NCBI GenBank assembly: GCA_963709405.1
Contig: CAVPXM010000013.1
Span: 1 to 64,000 of the forward strand
Direction: 5' to 3'
Length of the DNA: 64,000 nt
Origin: an uncultured Nitrososphaerales archaeon
Lineage (GTDB): Archaea; Thermoproteota; Nitrososphaeria; Nitrososphaerales; Nitrososphaeraceae
Under the pieces are notes generated by a model. The model saw only the letters and a list, made by a program, of their open reading frames with translations, did not search any database and had not been told where the DNA came from. Positions 24,105 through 37,557 of the stretch are shown here, one piece after another. A program made the translations under genes and the position numbers. How positions within the stretch are numbered: the first letter of the stretch is position 1; each line of letters opens with the position of its first letter.

Positions 24105-25124
24105 ATTACTTAATGTTTATTTCTAATTTGACGAAAGTTTTGGAGTCTGGACCTAATATCTAAGTCAAGTATTAAATTGTTATTTATGATTGTAGATGAA
24201 CTAATCCACTACAAAGGATAAACCAAATAATCCGTTTAATCTGAATAGTCAATGATAATATTTTACTATTCTTTAGTCGATAATACAAACTGCATAAAAG
24301 CTCAACCCACTTAAATGAATATTACACTAAATAAACACAAGAAATAAACCATAACAAAAGATAATCGCATATAATGCAGAGCATAGGCTAAAGGAAAGCA
24401 CAATTTAAATAAATTGGCGACAAAATAGAATCTCAGCATTATAATATCTGCTAAGCTCGATCGCGGAAAATCGCTATGATCGGTTGACATCGGACGTGCA
24501 GAAGTTAACCGGAAAACCAAGTATGAGCGTTCGAGAGTATGTAACTGGGCATCCTGAGGTATTTTCCAACTAGTCTTCTTCCTGGGACCTCAGCTTTGGT
24601 AAGTAATCGACTTCAGTCATACCGGCCCACTCCTAGTGAAGTCCTACAGTCTGCTTCTCTTTTGAGATCTTGGCATTTTTGTTCCATTGCTTGGAGATCG
24701 TTATTAGCTATCAGAAAGTTTAATCACATGTTACCCCGAATTTCTTAAATAGACATTTTCTTTATTATTGAGAAATGCCTCCTTTTGGATTTGGCACGAA
24801 AGAACAGTCTCAGTCCTTTGCCACTGATATAACAGATATAGAAGATTTAGGAGACCAGGGAAATATTTACTATAACGAAATCTTGCTAGTATAGCATACG
24901 CTATACCTGGTCTGTCTATATAGAGTAAGTGCTCAAAAGATTTGGAATAACTTATCCTGTATAACTAGATAGTGACCATTGAACTTGGAATGCATATGGA
25001 AATAATTATTTGGCCCAGATTTTACTTGATTGATACTCAAGGAAATGCTAACAACGGCTAGGATAGCGATGTAACAATAACAGTAAGTATCATGGAATAC
25101 GGCACAGCAAATAGAAGAAGATTT

Positions 25125-25758
25125 TTATCTCAGTTTTGTAGGCAACAGACTCAGCAGCTCGTTAGTGGTCAAAATAGCATGTGCAAATTGGGGTCCATTG
25201 ACTTCAAGCGCAGCATGCATTCCTTCATGACTGAAAGCAGCAACTGCATCCTTAATGATAGTAACATGGTAGCCAAGCTCCATGCCAAGTCGACCTGTGG
25301 CTTCGATACAGGTGTTCGCCAACATACCGACCAAGATTATTTTCTGGATTCCCCGCTGATTAAGTTGAGCATCAAGATCCGTATTGGCAAAGCCGCTTTG
25401 TGCCCAGTGCTCAAGCACGATTACATCACCTTCGCGAGGACCAAATTCAGGATGAAATTCTCCACCCCAAGTTCCAGCAGCGAAACTCTGGGACTCGTTT
25501 GAACGGATTTGTGATGGATTCATATGCTTCCATCCCCTATAGCCTCTTTCTCTCCAGCGGTGATGAGGTACCGATGAAGACTTGGATATGTGCCGCTCGC
25601 ACAGCAGGAATCAGCTTGCACATATTGTTATAAAAACCGACTGCTTCTGCCGTCTCTTTAGTACGCTCATAGAACTTACCACCTTTACTCATGAAATCAT
25701 TGTAAGGATCGACTATCAGTAGAGCAGTGTCGTTCACAGAGTAGCTGTTAGTCGTCAT
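25125..25758 (-). pseudogene. Isochorismatase/cysteine hydrolase, frameshifted
   Basis: TALLIVDPYNDF, GMLANTCIEAT; GC content above background. Confidence 0.85.
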
Positions 25759-25790
25759 GAGTTATCCCTCCCACTTCTCGTGAGCTTCCT

Positions 25791-26881
25791 CATTTGCTAG
25801 CATTAGTAGAATTACCGCTAAAGAACTTGTTGAGTGATCTTTACTACAAAGTCTGGCCTCTCTTCTGGAATAAAATGTCCAGAATTCGGTACTTTAATAC
25901 CATGCGACATTTTGAGCTAAGTATCTTCATCCAAGTATAATACTAGGCATAGTGATATTTCCTCCTAATACTGGAATGTATCCTCCTCCCATAGCTAGTA
26001 CTGGCATTGTAAGCTTTGTCTTTGAATAATTCATATTTTGAATTGCATCGTGTGGAAAAGCTCTATAATACTCAAATCCAGCACGCATTCCGCCTGGAGC
26101 AGAATAATGGCTAACATATTCGTTGATATCCGCTTGTGTTATTGCATCTGGATTATATGTAAGACCATGATAAAACCATGATAAATACTCTCTCTTTTCC
26201 TGTACTAGGGCTTCTGGTATGTCAGGTGTTTGATGGAATATAGCCCACCAAATTGGCGGTCTTCCAGGAGGTGCGAAACCAGGAATTGTTAATTCCATGA
26301 CTGCTAACTTCTTTACTTCCGTAGGATGTGAAGCTGCATAAGAATATGCTATCAGAACTCCTATATCATGTCCTACCAGGAAAATTGTTTTGAATCCTCA
26401 ACTGAGTAACAGTTGATGAATATCTTCGCCAGTAGTATTACCGTCATAGCCTGTAGTTGGTTTTGAAGAGTCTCCAAGTCCCCGAAGGTCAGGTGCAATA
26501 ACAGTATAGTTCTTAGCCAAAGCTGGCATTACTTTATGCCATTCATACCATGTTTCTGGCCATCCATGCAATAACACAACAGGATGTCCATGGCCTCCAA
26601 TTACATAGTGCAATTTGAATACCATTAACAGATGCCGTATGATGCAAAAATGTCATGTTATCAATCTGAAAAGATTTACCAGTAGGCTGTTGTTGTTTGG
26701 CAAGAGATGATGACGACGTCAAATTATTGTGTATACCCTGTAGTTGTTGTGCATTTGCAATCTGATTTTGGTTTAATCCGAATCCTAATGGGATAAGCGT
26801 AGTGCTAGTCACAAGAAGAATAGTAAGAAGCATAACCCACGATCGTAGTGGTTTGAGGTTCGAACATGATTTATTATGCAT
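25791..26881 (-). pseudogene. Secreted alpha/beta hydrolase (epoxide hydrolase-like), several frameshifts
   Basis: VVLLHGWPETW, PDLRGLGDS, LVGHDIG, SGHFIPEE. Confidence 0.85.
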
Positions 26882-27511
26882 GTCTAAAGTTCCAGATCTG
26901 ATGATGATATATAACTTTGATGGATACAAAAACATCACATGACTATGATACAACCATTGCATATCTGAAAAGTCATCACAAGGATCGCTCCATTCATGGC
27001 GTTATCGAACATTTGTCCGAAGATAGGGAAAAAAGTTTGAACAGTTTGCAGAATATTGTAGAGTAGATCTTTCAGATAGCAAGGACAATTTGTTACTCAA
27101 TATTATGAGTTGAATCTGATATGAGTTGAAATTGAAATATTGAAATACATATCTATGTCATTTATCATGAGTGAAGTGCGATATGGAAAGTGAGGAAGAG
27201 TTTTAAAGAATGTGTGTTTTTACATTGCTATTTTTAACCAACATTACTAGAAATATGCGTTAAGGTCTCATGTTATAAAAGATGGATATAACAAAAACTG
27301 ATAATAAATACTATTACAATTAAGATTAGGAACATATTACTTGTAATCCTGTCTCTTAAGGAATTATTAACATCTACTCGCGGCGTCCGCAAACGGCTTG
27401 ACCAGACACGAATTGTAGAACGCAAAGTAATCGAAGAATGCGTTAGGATAGCCCAAACTCCAAACGCATAACAATAAAAAAATGAAAAGCAAATTGCGAA
27501 CCATAGTATTA

Positions 27512-28666
27512 AGTCAAGTGTCATAGCACAGACCACCATCAATCCATCTTCCAAATCTATTGTCTAGATATTCTGATACTGCGGTTTTCTGGTCTTCTAT
27601 ATTTTCATAAAACCTATTCGCACATACATATGACTTTATCAGCTGGTTTACCTTTCTTTCATTTGGATTTAGGTATGGAGCCTTCTTTGGAAGATAGATT
27701 ATGGTCAACCAATGTTTCTGTGCATTGATATAGTCATTCGTCATTTTACTTACGTGGAATGAAGCATGATCCCAGATGAGTATCAATCTTTTCCATCTAG
27801 TGTTCATGACATATTTCCTGAGATTCTCCAGATGGTTTATTGTGTTTATAGAGTTCATATCATCATAGAAATCATACATCAACTTCTTCTGATCTGGCCA
27901 TAACATGGATATGTATGCAGAGAACTTGTTTCTACTTCCATTATGTTCTATCTTTGTTGCTCTCCTTCAAAACTCATGGATTTTACGTATACAAGGTTTC
28001 TGTGTTATCGTAGTTTCATCTTCAAATACTAACATCACTCCTTTTTTTCAGAGCTGAAGCTACACGTTTATAATCTTCCACCCTCTTTCTTCCCTCTTGA
28101 TAGTCAGATCCATGTAATAGTTCCAATTTTGGTCTTTTACACCTAATCCCCATATCCTTAGTTATTCTTTGCAGATGTTTGAAACTGATTGGAATATCAA
28201 GCTCATCTGTAAGGCATCTTGACAGTGACCTTAGACTCCATGTATTTCTAAGATAACCAAAGATATGAGGATCATTAAATAATGCAGAAAGGATAACCTC
28301 TCTGTCTTCGTCTGTAATTCTGGGCTTTCGACCATCATGATTTTTCCTTATCTTCAGACCTTTAATTCCATTTTTGATGTAATCACCAATCCATTTCTTA
28401 GCCGTTCTTATGTGCACTCTCTGCTCCCTAGCTATGTAGTCATATGTTTTACCATCTGCTTTCTGAAGTACAGCCACTGCTCTACGATATTCCTTCTTGT
28501 CACTTGTCTTTTCCATAAATAATCTTAAACTATTAACCTGACCTGTTGTAAGTTTGAGTTTAGAAGGAACTCTCACGAAGCTGTATTATTCGACATATAC
28601 AAAGCTTTATCGATCTAAAATATTAGATAAAATTAGCAAATAGTGGTGGGCATAAGACACTTGACT
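27512..28666 (-). mobile_element. IS630-family element, paralog of 39256-40419
   Basis: IR AGTCAAGTGTC / GACACTTGACT; HTH ORF 28022-28576, DDE part with FEDET, WDHASFH, APYLNPNE; extra 1-nt deletion near 27955. Confidence 0.9.
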
Positions 28667-29056
28667 CCTATTTATCAGCAGCACAGCCAGACACACGGCA
28701 ACAGAGTAATAGATGTCACAAATAGATCTGCCAATTTAGAAGTATCTTATAGTGGTAACGGATTTGCAAGGAGTATATCTGTTACAGACCAGGGTACTTT
28801 GTTGTATACCCTCAATTCTACTGGAGCAGTAAATGGTACTGGTCATCGGTATATCATTTCTACAGATGGTGAAATGCTGACCCATGCTCTCAAAGGGGGA
28901 GGCCAACTAAATAAAGAGGGAAATGCATCATTTCAGGGTATAATACATTTTAATAATATACCGACAGGAAATCTGGCTTTTCTCAGTGATGTGAAAGCGT
29001 ACCATAATATATCATCGCTAAGCTATATACATAGCGCCAAGAGTTTGAACAATTAG
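28667..29056 (+). pseudogene. Fragment of a secreted beta-rich hypothetical protein, 5' end cut by IS630
   Basis: Protein-like frame (EVSYSGNG...GNLAFLS) beginning at the IS end. Confidence 0.45.
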
Positions 29057-29333
29057 ATAGGCAACCTCTATTGTTCTGAGTAGATAATACACACTAATAA
29101 TATGATACCAATATTTCATTCTCACGATCTTTGCTTAGTAACTATAGGAAAAAGACCAAATTACTAATTGATTGTGTAGTTACAAGATAACACCTTTTGA
29201 TCCTCTGGAGAAAAAGAACAACAAAAAAAATGAATAGTACTCTCGCCGGCTGAGATCCGAGTTATACGATGGTATTGTTCAGGTACACTCCACGATGAGT
29301 GGGATGCAGCCGAATAGCTTGATCAGCAGCGAC

Positions 29334-31049
29334 TCAGCCAGTTCCGCTACCTCCGGCTGGCGATGATGTAGATGTCGAATTTGTACTTGTGGGTTTCGGC
29401 AAGACCTGCAATGCCATAATGTGACCGTTATAAGTCATGTAATAGAGGAGACCGCCGAAGCCAGCAGCTGGTGGAGCACCGGCAGACATACCGCTGAAGT
29501 AGTCTGAGGCAGCTAGTAGCTTGCCTGTAGGCAGCGTCTCTCCACTGCACCTGTTCAGTGTAGGCAGGAGGAGGATTGTTCACCATTTGAGAGATGGTCG
29601 TACCGGGGTGCATGTTTGTCCCGACGAGCACTCGGTGATTGGCAGGACCTATGAGCGACAAGAAGGCTAATGTACTCTGGTTAGCCCTCCATGCTACTGA
29701 CATGTTGCCAGTCATCGGGTTGTACTTGAGTCCAACTATCTTGTCTGCGCCGCCGTCCTGAACGTACATCATATGGCTCACCGGGTCAACAGCTGAATTG
29801 GAAGGTATATAGCTCTGCTGCCCAGGAGCAAGAGGAATCGGGTCAATCCGAGTCATCTTGCTAGCGTTGGCCTGCGAGACAGCCACAACGCTTAGCGGTG
29901 TTGTAGTAGGTGGACAGCAGTTGGTAAAGTCGAAAACCCAGTCACCCGCGATCATATTTGCTAAAAGGTTAGTCTGACCTGGCTTTGTAATCTTAGCTGG
30001 CAGCCAGCTGTTGTCTAGCGTGAGATTCTTGCCATTCCAAATGTAGCGGAAAAGATTCGACGAATTGCCTATGTAGGCGTACTCCTTGCCATTGTACACC
30101 GTGGCGGCTACTCGAGATGCAACGTTACCCTTGAGCTGAATAGAGTCAAGTACTTTCCACGTCTTTGAATCGACTATGTCCATGACCGAATTAGGAGCAC
30201 TACTTTGGCCTGGACATGGTATAGCGAAGGGAAGACCTCCATCATATGAGCATCCTGGTGCTCTGGTCTGAGATTTCAGAACAAGAGTACCGTCTGGCCA
30301 GCCTGCTATACCGTTGAAGTCGGTGTTATATGGCAGACTGGGGCCTGTAGGCAAGTTAAGGACTGCCTCGACAGCTCCTGTAGTACCATTCAGCTTGTAC
30401 AAGTAGCTATCAGCGACGACTGCGAGGCTGCCATCCGAAAGCACATTGAGACCTCCAATATAGTTCCATACGCCTGTCGGAGACGTGGTAGCATTCAAGT
30501 TGGCTAGATCTGTCCGCCATAGCTGCGTTAGATCTGCGACATTGAGTTTGGCTACGAATGGTCCTGAAGGCTTTGGAATAGCACTACCCCATGCTCCGCC
30601 ATAGACATACAGTTCGTTTACTCCACGGGTCACCGAGAAGATTGGACTGTAGGTACTGTACAGGGGACGCATAAGCAAATACCTGGTTGGGACCTGTAAA
30701 TGACCCTCCGGCTGCTGTCGTGAAGCTCCGCGGGATTGACAGTAGGATACCATGGTGGATTCTTTTCTGCCGCGGCGCACTTCGCCTCTTGTAGTGCCAT
30801 TGTATGGTTACCGGGGAGCGGTCCACCTGCTGCTTTCTGGTTAGGAGTAACTCCTACGTTTGCAATACCTTGTGGCTGGGGTGGAGGAAGTACCGAACTA
30901 TTGGTGCCGATGTTATTAGCATTGGTAACGCTAGCATAACCTGACAAAAAGCTGCTCGAGATCATGGCTAGGAAGACTGCAAGACCTAGAAGAATCAGTG
31001 CCTTTGTCATTTGACTAGTCACTATCTCCCAGATGTTGTTGTAAATCAT
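29334..31049 (-). pseudogene. Large secreted beta-propeller-like protein, two frameshifts
   Basis: Signal peptide in ORF 30630-31049 continues into ORF 29428-30780 and a third frame ending at 29334; GC near 50%. Confidence 0.7.
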
Positions 31050-31065
31050 TTTTTCTATAACTTTG

Positions 31066-31992
31066 GGTAATACCTAAGAAGTTGGAACAGTTCTTACCAT
31101 TATTTTAGCTAGTAACCGGAAGATATCTTCGTTCCTATGGTTGAATCTAAATTCTATTTCTTTAAGGTACAGGTGAAAGTACTGTTTGGGTACTCCTCGA
31201 TAATGATACAACCAGGTCTTTGCATAACTCCAGAATCCTTCAATACCATTGATATGACTAGTATCTTCACGTACATATTCTTCCATTCGATGAGCAATTA
31301 TCTGATGTTTTCCGATTAGACCTAATGAAGCATATGCAGTATGGTCATCGGTATAATACAAGGAACCCTTCTTAGTATGGAGTTTAATTAATGGAATTAA
31401 TGTATCATGTATTCTGTCAGATACAGGAAATGTGATGACCTTGCCATTCCTCTGATATATTCCAAATACCAGGCTTTTATCTTCTGCACCCCATCCGCGT
31501 TTTCCTTTCCTATGCCCACCAAATAATGCTTCGTCTATTTCTATTTCTCCTGACAGCTTCTTCAGCTCCTTTAATTTCTGAAGTGATTCATTGTAGATTG
31601 ATTGTCTGAATACTCAATGTTCTCTCTATTGTGGCCAAGCTAAGTGGAACATAAAATCGGATTCTGTACGCTGGTACTCCAAGAGCATAGAGATAGAGTA
31701 GGTGTGCTAGTATATCAAGTGGGAAATAAAACTCTCCAAGATAAGTTCCTGTCAACTCTCCAAATTTGTATCTGCAACGTTTGCATCCAAACCTCTTATC
31801 TTTAAGATGGTACAACAATCGATATCCACATCTTGGACATCGTCTCCTTCCTTTCCATCTAGCATGACGAAAATATACGCGGCTTTTTGTCACACTTCCA
31901 GCAAGTTCTATAGGACTAGATTCACGCACGCATCACGAATAGGGCACTAGAAATTATCCCTTATTTTCTGTTCCAAGTTCTTGGGTATTACC
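31066..31992 (-). mobile_element. IS1595-family element, frameshifted transposase
   Basis: 25-bp IR GGTAATACC(T/C)AAGAA(G/C)TTGGAACAG; 8-bp duplication TAACTTTG at 31058-31065 and 31993-32000; CPRCG Zn ribbon, IEIDE, YTDD, HINGIEGFWS. Confidence 0.95.
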
Positions 31993-32437
31993 TAACTTTG
32001 AATACTCAACGCCTGTTAGCGGATTAGGAATGTGATATAAAGACTATGATTGCAGTGCATTACACTACGTCAACTAAAGGTATTCATTAGCTTTTTTATA
32101 GTAATTGTCAGGATTGCTGAGGTCTGAGGTATGTATTTATCCGAAGGTGATTAGTCTGTGGCCTAACCCCAGTTAGAGCATTTGTCCAAAACTGGTTAGG
32201 CTGTTCATACATATACAAATAGGCTATAAGGTCATCACCAATGAATTCGCCAATGTTTAATAAAGATAATATAGCAAAGGATTTGACGTAAACCACAGAC
32301 AAACTATAATCTACACTGTGTTACATTTGTATTGATTTAATCAGAAGCAATTAGCTGATTTAGAGTAGCCCTTTATCAAGAAAGTAGTTGAACCCCTTTA
32401 CCACAAGGGATATAATCCCACCCAGTCCATTGAATCC

Positions 32438-33422
32438 TTGGCTCAAATCCCGGAAACCAAAAATAATAAGAAAGTCAGTTGTGAACAAATATCATCCACC
32501 AACTTTGCAATAAATGATATAGGTAGGTGGACCACATCTAAGAGCAACAAGACAATCTTCGAATTGAGGGACTTATATTCTAGACAAAAGACACTGGCAT
32601 ACTGGACTGAGAATAGATACTGATCTTCAGGGACATGACAGGACTGATGTTTTAAAACTTGTACAGTATATGCAAGACAGGGATAGGAGCATATTGTGGA
32701 TTGTGCGGTGTATCACAGCTCTTATTCAAATGCGAAGACATATGCAAAAGAGCTTTAAGGAATCTACTGAGAAAGATATAAGATTATTATTCAATTGGAT
32801 GGACGAACAGAATTACAAAGCATCAACTCATGAGAAATTCAGAAAAATCCTAAAGTTTTTCTACAAGGTATCTTACGGAAATAATGAATATTATCCACAA
32901 CAAGTTAAGTGGTTCTCAGTAAATGTAGGCAAAGAAAGACGAAGCAAGGAGATGAATATTGATATTGCAGAATATCTTGAAGAAGAGGAAATTAAACAGC
33001 TAATAGAAGGTGCTCCTACACTACAAAAGAAGGCATTCTTGGCATGTATGTATGAAAGTGGCGCTCGTCCTGAGGAGTTTCTGAGACTTACTAATTTGGA
33101 CATAAAATTGGATTCTAAAGGAGCTATCTTTATTCTCAGGGGAAAAACAGGCGAAAGAAGGGTTAGAATTATCTCTTTTGTTAAATTATTACAACAATGG
33201 TTAGAAGTACACCCCTTGAAAAAGTTGAACTGTTATTCCATCTGGATAATTCAAGCAACGAATTACAATAATCAACCACTAGGATTGAGAGGCGCACAGA
33301 AAATTATTGAAGAGGCACTCCCGAGATCAGGACTAATAAATAAACATACTAGACTTTACATTTTAAGACATTCTAGAGCTACATATTTGGCCAAACATCT
33401 GACCGAAGCTGAAAGACAATAG
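32438..33422 (+). pseudogene. Tyrosine recombinase/integrase, frameshifted and C-terminally truncated
   Basis: YESGARPEE, GKTG, LRHSRAT present; ORF stops before the catalytic Tyr region. Confidence 0.85.
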
Positions 33423-33535
33423 GACTTTTCTGTAAATGTCAATCTTTAGTACTAGGTCAAAAAGAGTCATTAATTGTAAAGCGGCAAAAAGAGAAGGCTA
33501 TACTGATTTAATCATTCGTAACTACTCATAGGCTA

Positions 33536-34472
33536 CTATTGTACTAACTTGTAAGCTACAAGTTTGTTGTTCTGCATAAGAGGAATTATAATCGTACTTT
33601 GACCTGGTATAAACCCTAGGTCAGCAGCACCTTTTGTGTGTAAATCTATCAAAGTTACATATCCAGTTCCATCAGCATTAACGTCATATACCTTTCCTGC
33701 AGGATTATCAGTAACATAATAATGTGTTTCGGTAGCATCCGACACTATTCCGTCAAGACCACCAAAAGGAGAGCTAGTTCCTGCTTTTCCTAAACTGCTT
33801 ATTGTCTTATTTTTTATATCAATAACCTCCATGCCTCCTCCAGGTTTACTTAAAGGTCCCAAAGAAACAACAATTAATTTATTTTTGTTATTGTCTATAT
33901 ACAAACCATTAGGACCGTTTAGTTGTGGGCTTTGTAACCAAATTTGTAAAGAAGGTGTACTATTCTCAAGGTTCGTATCTAGCTTGTAGATAGTATTGGT
34001 AATTGTATCAGATACATAGATATTTCCTCGATTATCTGCTACAACATCATTAAGAAAAGCACTTCCTGGCGCATTGAAGCGCTTGATTATTTTACCACTA
34101 GCAATATCTATTTCAACAAGATCTGTGATGTCTGAAACATATAACTTACTATTGTCGTTAGAAATAGCTATACCCTTTGGGGGGGTGAAATCCATCTGGT
34201 TTTCCATTTACATTTGAAACCAACAAGAAATTTTGTTTACGCGCATAAGCTACTGATTCTGGGTTCTTCAAGTCAGTTAGCGTTTCCCATAATTTGTTAA
34301 GCTTTGTCTGCCCTGCTTGTTGTTGCTGTTGCTGCTCTTGTGCTTGTGCTTGATTATTGTTATTCAAATTAATGCTGATTCCGCTGAATAATACTGTTCC
34401 TGATATCGCTACTATAAGCAAAAAGGTTCTAACTAACGGTTTCTGTGAAAGCCTTCTATTATTTGCAATCAA
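33536..34472 (-). pseudogene. Secreted SMP-30/gluconolactonase-like beta-propeller, frameshifted
   Basis: LKNPESVAY, PKGIAI, FLNDVVAD, GPNGL, GLDGI, GAADLGF. Confidence 0.8.
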
Positions 34473-35009
34473 TATTCAAACATTACTGAACGTAATTAAT
34501 AAACCTAAGTCTTCATATTCATTATTGTATTCTCATCAGGCCATATTTTGGGTTCGCCCAAATTGCATGGTAGACAACGATTGTATGATAGTATCCTCAC
34601 ATACTTATCATGTTATTACTCGATGAAAAAATTTAAAAACAAACAAATGGAGTACCATAACCTCAAACAAAACTATGGACAATGAAATACTACAGATTTA
34701 GCAGACGAAGTAAAAAATCATTGTCTTCTCTTTACAATAACTAACAGTATGGCTAAAACTATATGTGTCTTCTCTCAATCTCTTGGAACCTAGCTGATAA
34801 GGCAACTAGTTGGTCTGATAAATGTGCTATAGCATAATCCTTAACCTTATCACATTTTCCTAGTGACTGATTCAATGCTTTCAATTCCTCTACCTTCGTC
34901 TGTATATCTATACTATGCACAAACTCACTAATCTCATAAAATTGATGTCTTTCACCTTGTTTTACTTTATTCAGTCCAAGAAGCTTGTTTTTATATCCTT
35001 CCTGACAGA

Positions 35010-35185
35010 TTCAGAGAAAGCAGAAATAGTTAAAAAAAGTTGAACCATATCTGACATTTCTAAATGTTTCATCAGCTAGAGCGACTGGGAGCAGATATTC
35101 GAACTAAGGTAGAAGAACTAGAAGAATTGAATCAATCATTAAGACAGCGTGACAAAGTAAAGGATGATGCTATGGCATACCTTCA
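35010..35185 (+). pseudogene. Coiled-coil tail fragment, possibly an integrase C-terminus
   Basis: EPYLTFLNV..LERLGADIRTKVEELEELNQSLRQRDKVKDDAM; assignment from recalled similarity only. Confidence 0.4.
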
Positions 35186-35345
35186 GTGTTAAAAGCGTTA
35201 CAAGATAACGATGTTTCTGAATTATGCAACAAAGCAGATGAATCAAAAGACTACTTTCTGCTTTATTATGAGGGGCATCTATTCTATAAACAATTTTATG
35301 CACAACAATATTAGGAGTGTATATGGATGAGTTAGTGAATATATT

Positions 35346-36759
35346 ATGAAAAATAAAAAAGCCAATAACAACAGCAATGAAAAGAAAGAAGACGACAAAC
35401 TGAAGAAGAACGATGACTTAGTTAATCCTAATCAAATTGCGCCAATTAGTTGTTGTACTTGCACGGATAGGTTACATTTCTAATTACCTACATGGGTTAC
35501 ACTTTTCTGTTTAGTTCTCGTATGTGTACTGGATGTAATTAACCTTTGTAGGAACATCTCCGATGGAGTAAGACCATTTATGCCTCCATGTTCTCTGGTT
35601 TCGTTATATGCTTTAACAAACATGTCGTATCTTTGTTTACCATCATCTATGTTTGGTATATCTTCTAATGCTATGAATTCACTCTTTACAATCTTGTTAT
35701 ATGCTTCTACTTTGCCCTGTAACTGCGGATATGATTTTGGTATTTGCTTATCTTTTATCTGATTATGTATAAGGAAATGTCTGAATATTCTGGATGTAAA
35801 CTGTTTACCGTTATCATGCATCATCATCTTAGGCTTACCATTAATCATTATCCAGTCCTCTAATACATTAAGAACATCCACTGACCTCTTTCTTTCGGAC
35901 CACTTGCTAGCTACCTTCCTAGAACAATCATCTAAGCAACTAATGATGTAATTCCTTTGACTGGAATTACTCAGATAGAAAGGGCCAAGGATATCCACTT
36001 GCACCATATCATTTGGATGCTTCATGACAAACCGTTTGTAAGTTCTTGCTTTGGCCTTACACATGAGGATATTAAGACAATGTCTCTTTAGTATCTTGTA
36101 TATAGTTCGGGTGCTTAATGAGATTCCAATGATTCTTTTTAGTCGAAACTTGATCCTATTACATCCAAATCTCTTAGTTAATCGTAGATCAAGTATAGTC
36201 TCTTCTACTTCTGGTGTTACCTTCCTGTAGTTGATTTTATGAGGCCTTCTGAAGTTATCTGATAGGCCTTCTATCCCTTTCTGCTTGTATCTATTATTCC
36301 ACTTGTAGTAAGTCTTTCTGGATACACCATATCTCTTACAAATATTACATATGGTATCGCCAGTCCATTCTTTTTCGTGTATTAGATTAAACCTTGTTCT
36401 GATTTCTATATGGATTCACTTCCCGACAGAAGTGTAACCCATGTCTGTAAGCTATAATGTCACCTATGTCAGTAAGTACAACAATTAGTAATTTATGGCA
36501 ACAATATTCTCCTATGGCCTGGAGCGAAATATATAACGAGTATATTAATTACACAAGAAGAATGACTGAAATATATAATGAATACGCTGAAAGCTCACAG
36601 AGGATGACACAGCTGTATAAGGAACTGGCTGCAAATGCAGAGAAGACGACTGAATTGTATAAAGAATCTGCCAATAGGACAGAAAAAATGACCAAATATT
36701 GGTTACACTTCCTTCGGATGAAGCCATTCTCAAAAAATAAAGAAGGAAAACAAGAATAA
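35346..36759 (+). pseudogene. Helical repeat protein split by IS481
   Basis: Removing the IS and one ATTAGT copy joins MKNKKANN...QIAPIS to NLWQQYSPMAW... in frame. Confidence 0.85.
35451..36483 (-). mobile_element. IS481-family element
   Basis: TGT...ACA termini, ~50-bp imperfect IR, 6-bp duplication ATTAGT (35445-35450; 36484-36489); HTH (CKRYGVSRKTYYKW) plus rve core (QVDI, DDCSR, HDNGKQF, GKVE). Confidence 0.95.
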
Positions 36760-37557
36760 CAAAAAGCACTTCTACAATAAAAGAGAAGGAATTGATGGTA
36801 TTGACGATGCTGATGTTCCACCATTAGTATATGAAAAAACAAAGGAATTTATCGCCTTCATATCAAAAGGTCGTAAACATCTGAAGGTATACGGTGACTT
36901 TGTTGCAAGATATATTCACTTTTTTACAATTCTATGGAATATCACGTTCAAATTAAGCCAAGGAAAACTTAATTTCTTGACATTATTGGTGAATTCACGA
37001 AGATTATGGTCTGTCGCCTTAAGAGGTTACTATGCGACAGTAACAATAAAGCGACCTCCATTATGGCCCTAACATACATAATAACTTCAAGCATCTTAAT
37101 TTGGGCGACATGTTCCTCAATAGGGTTCATCCTATCAACACATTTAAAACACACGAAAAATGTAATGCCTATTTCTTCCGTTCTAACGATTATAGTTGCT
37201 ATTTTTCAACCAGTTTTTATTCAATAGGCATAGTCCACCTGGATAGTGTTATATAACCTGTGCAATGCCTACTACCAACGCGTCCCTATTGATATAACAT
37301 CGATTGGATTCCAGACTCCAATGGGGTGATCAGTCCATGTTTCCTTATTTATACGAACTGCATATACTTTCACACTCATAATCCTGGCAGAAGCCGAGTC
37401 TGTTTGGAGAAAAAATGAATTAATCGATATTCAGTCAGAGTACTAATTTAATACGTCGTTGCTACAGGGAGCGTCATCTATATCTGAAGATTATTAATAT
37501 AAATGCTGACTAGATCATCCAATATACTATTAAGTGAGAGTACACGTGATATAATAA

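Noticed and set aside
35221-35236. TGCAACAAAGC matching the IS903-like end
   Set aside because: Only 11 bp, no partner IR or recognisable transposase; possibly a scar but unsupported
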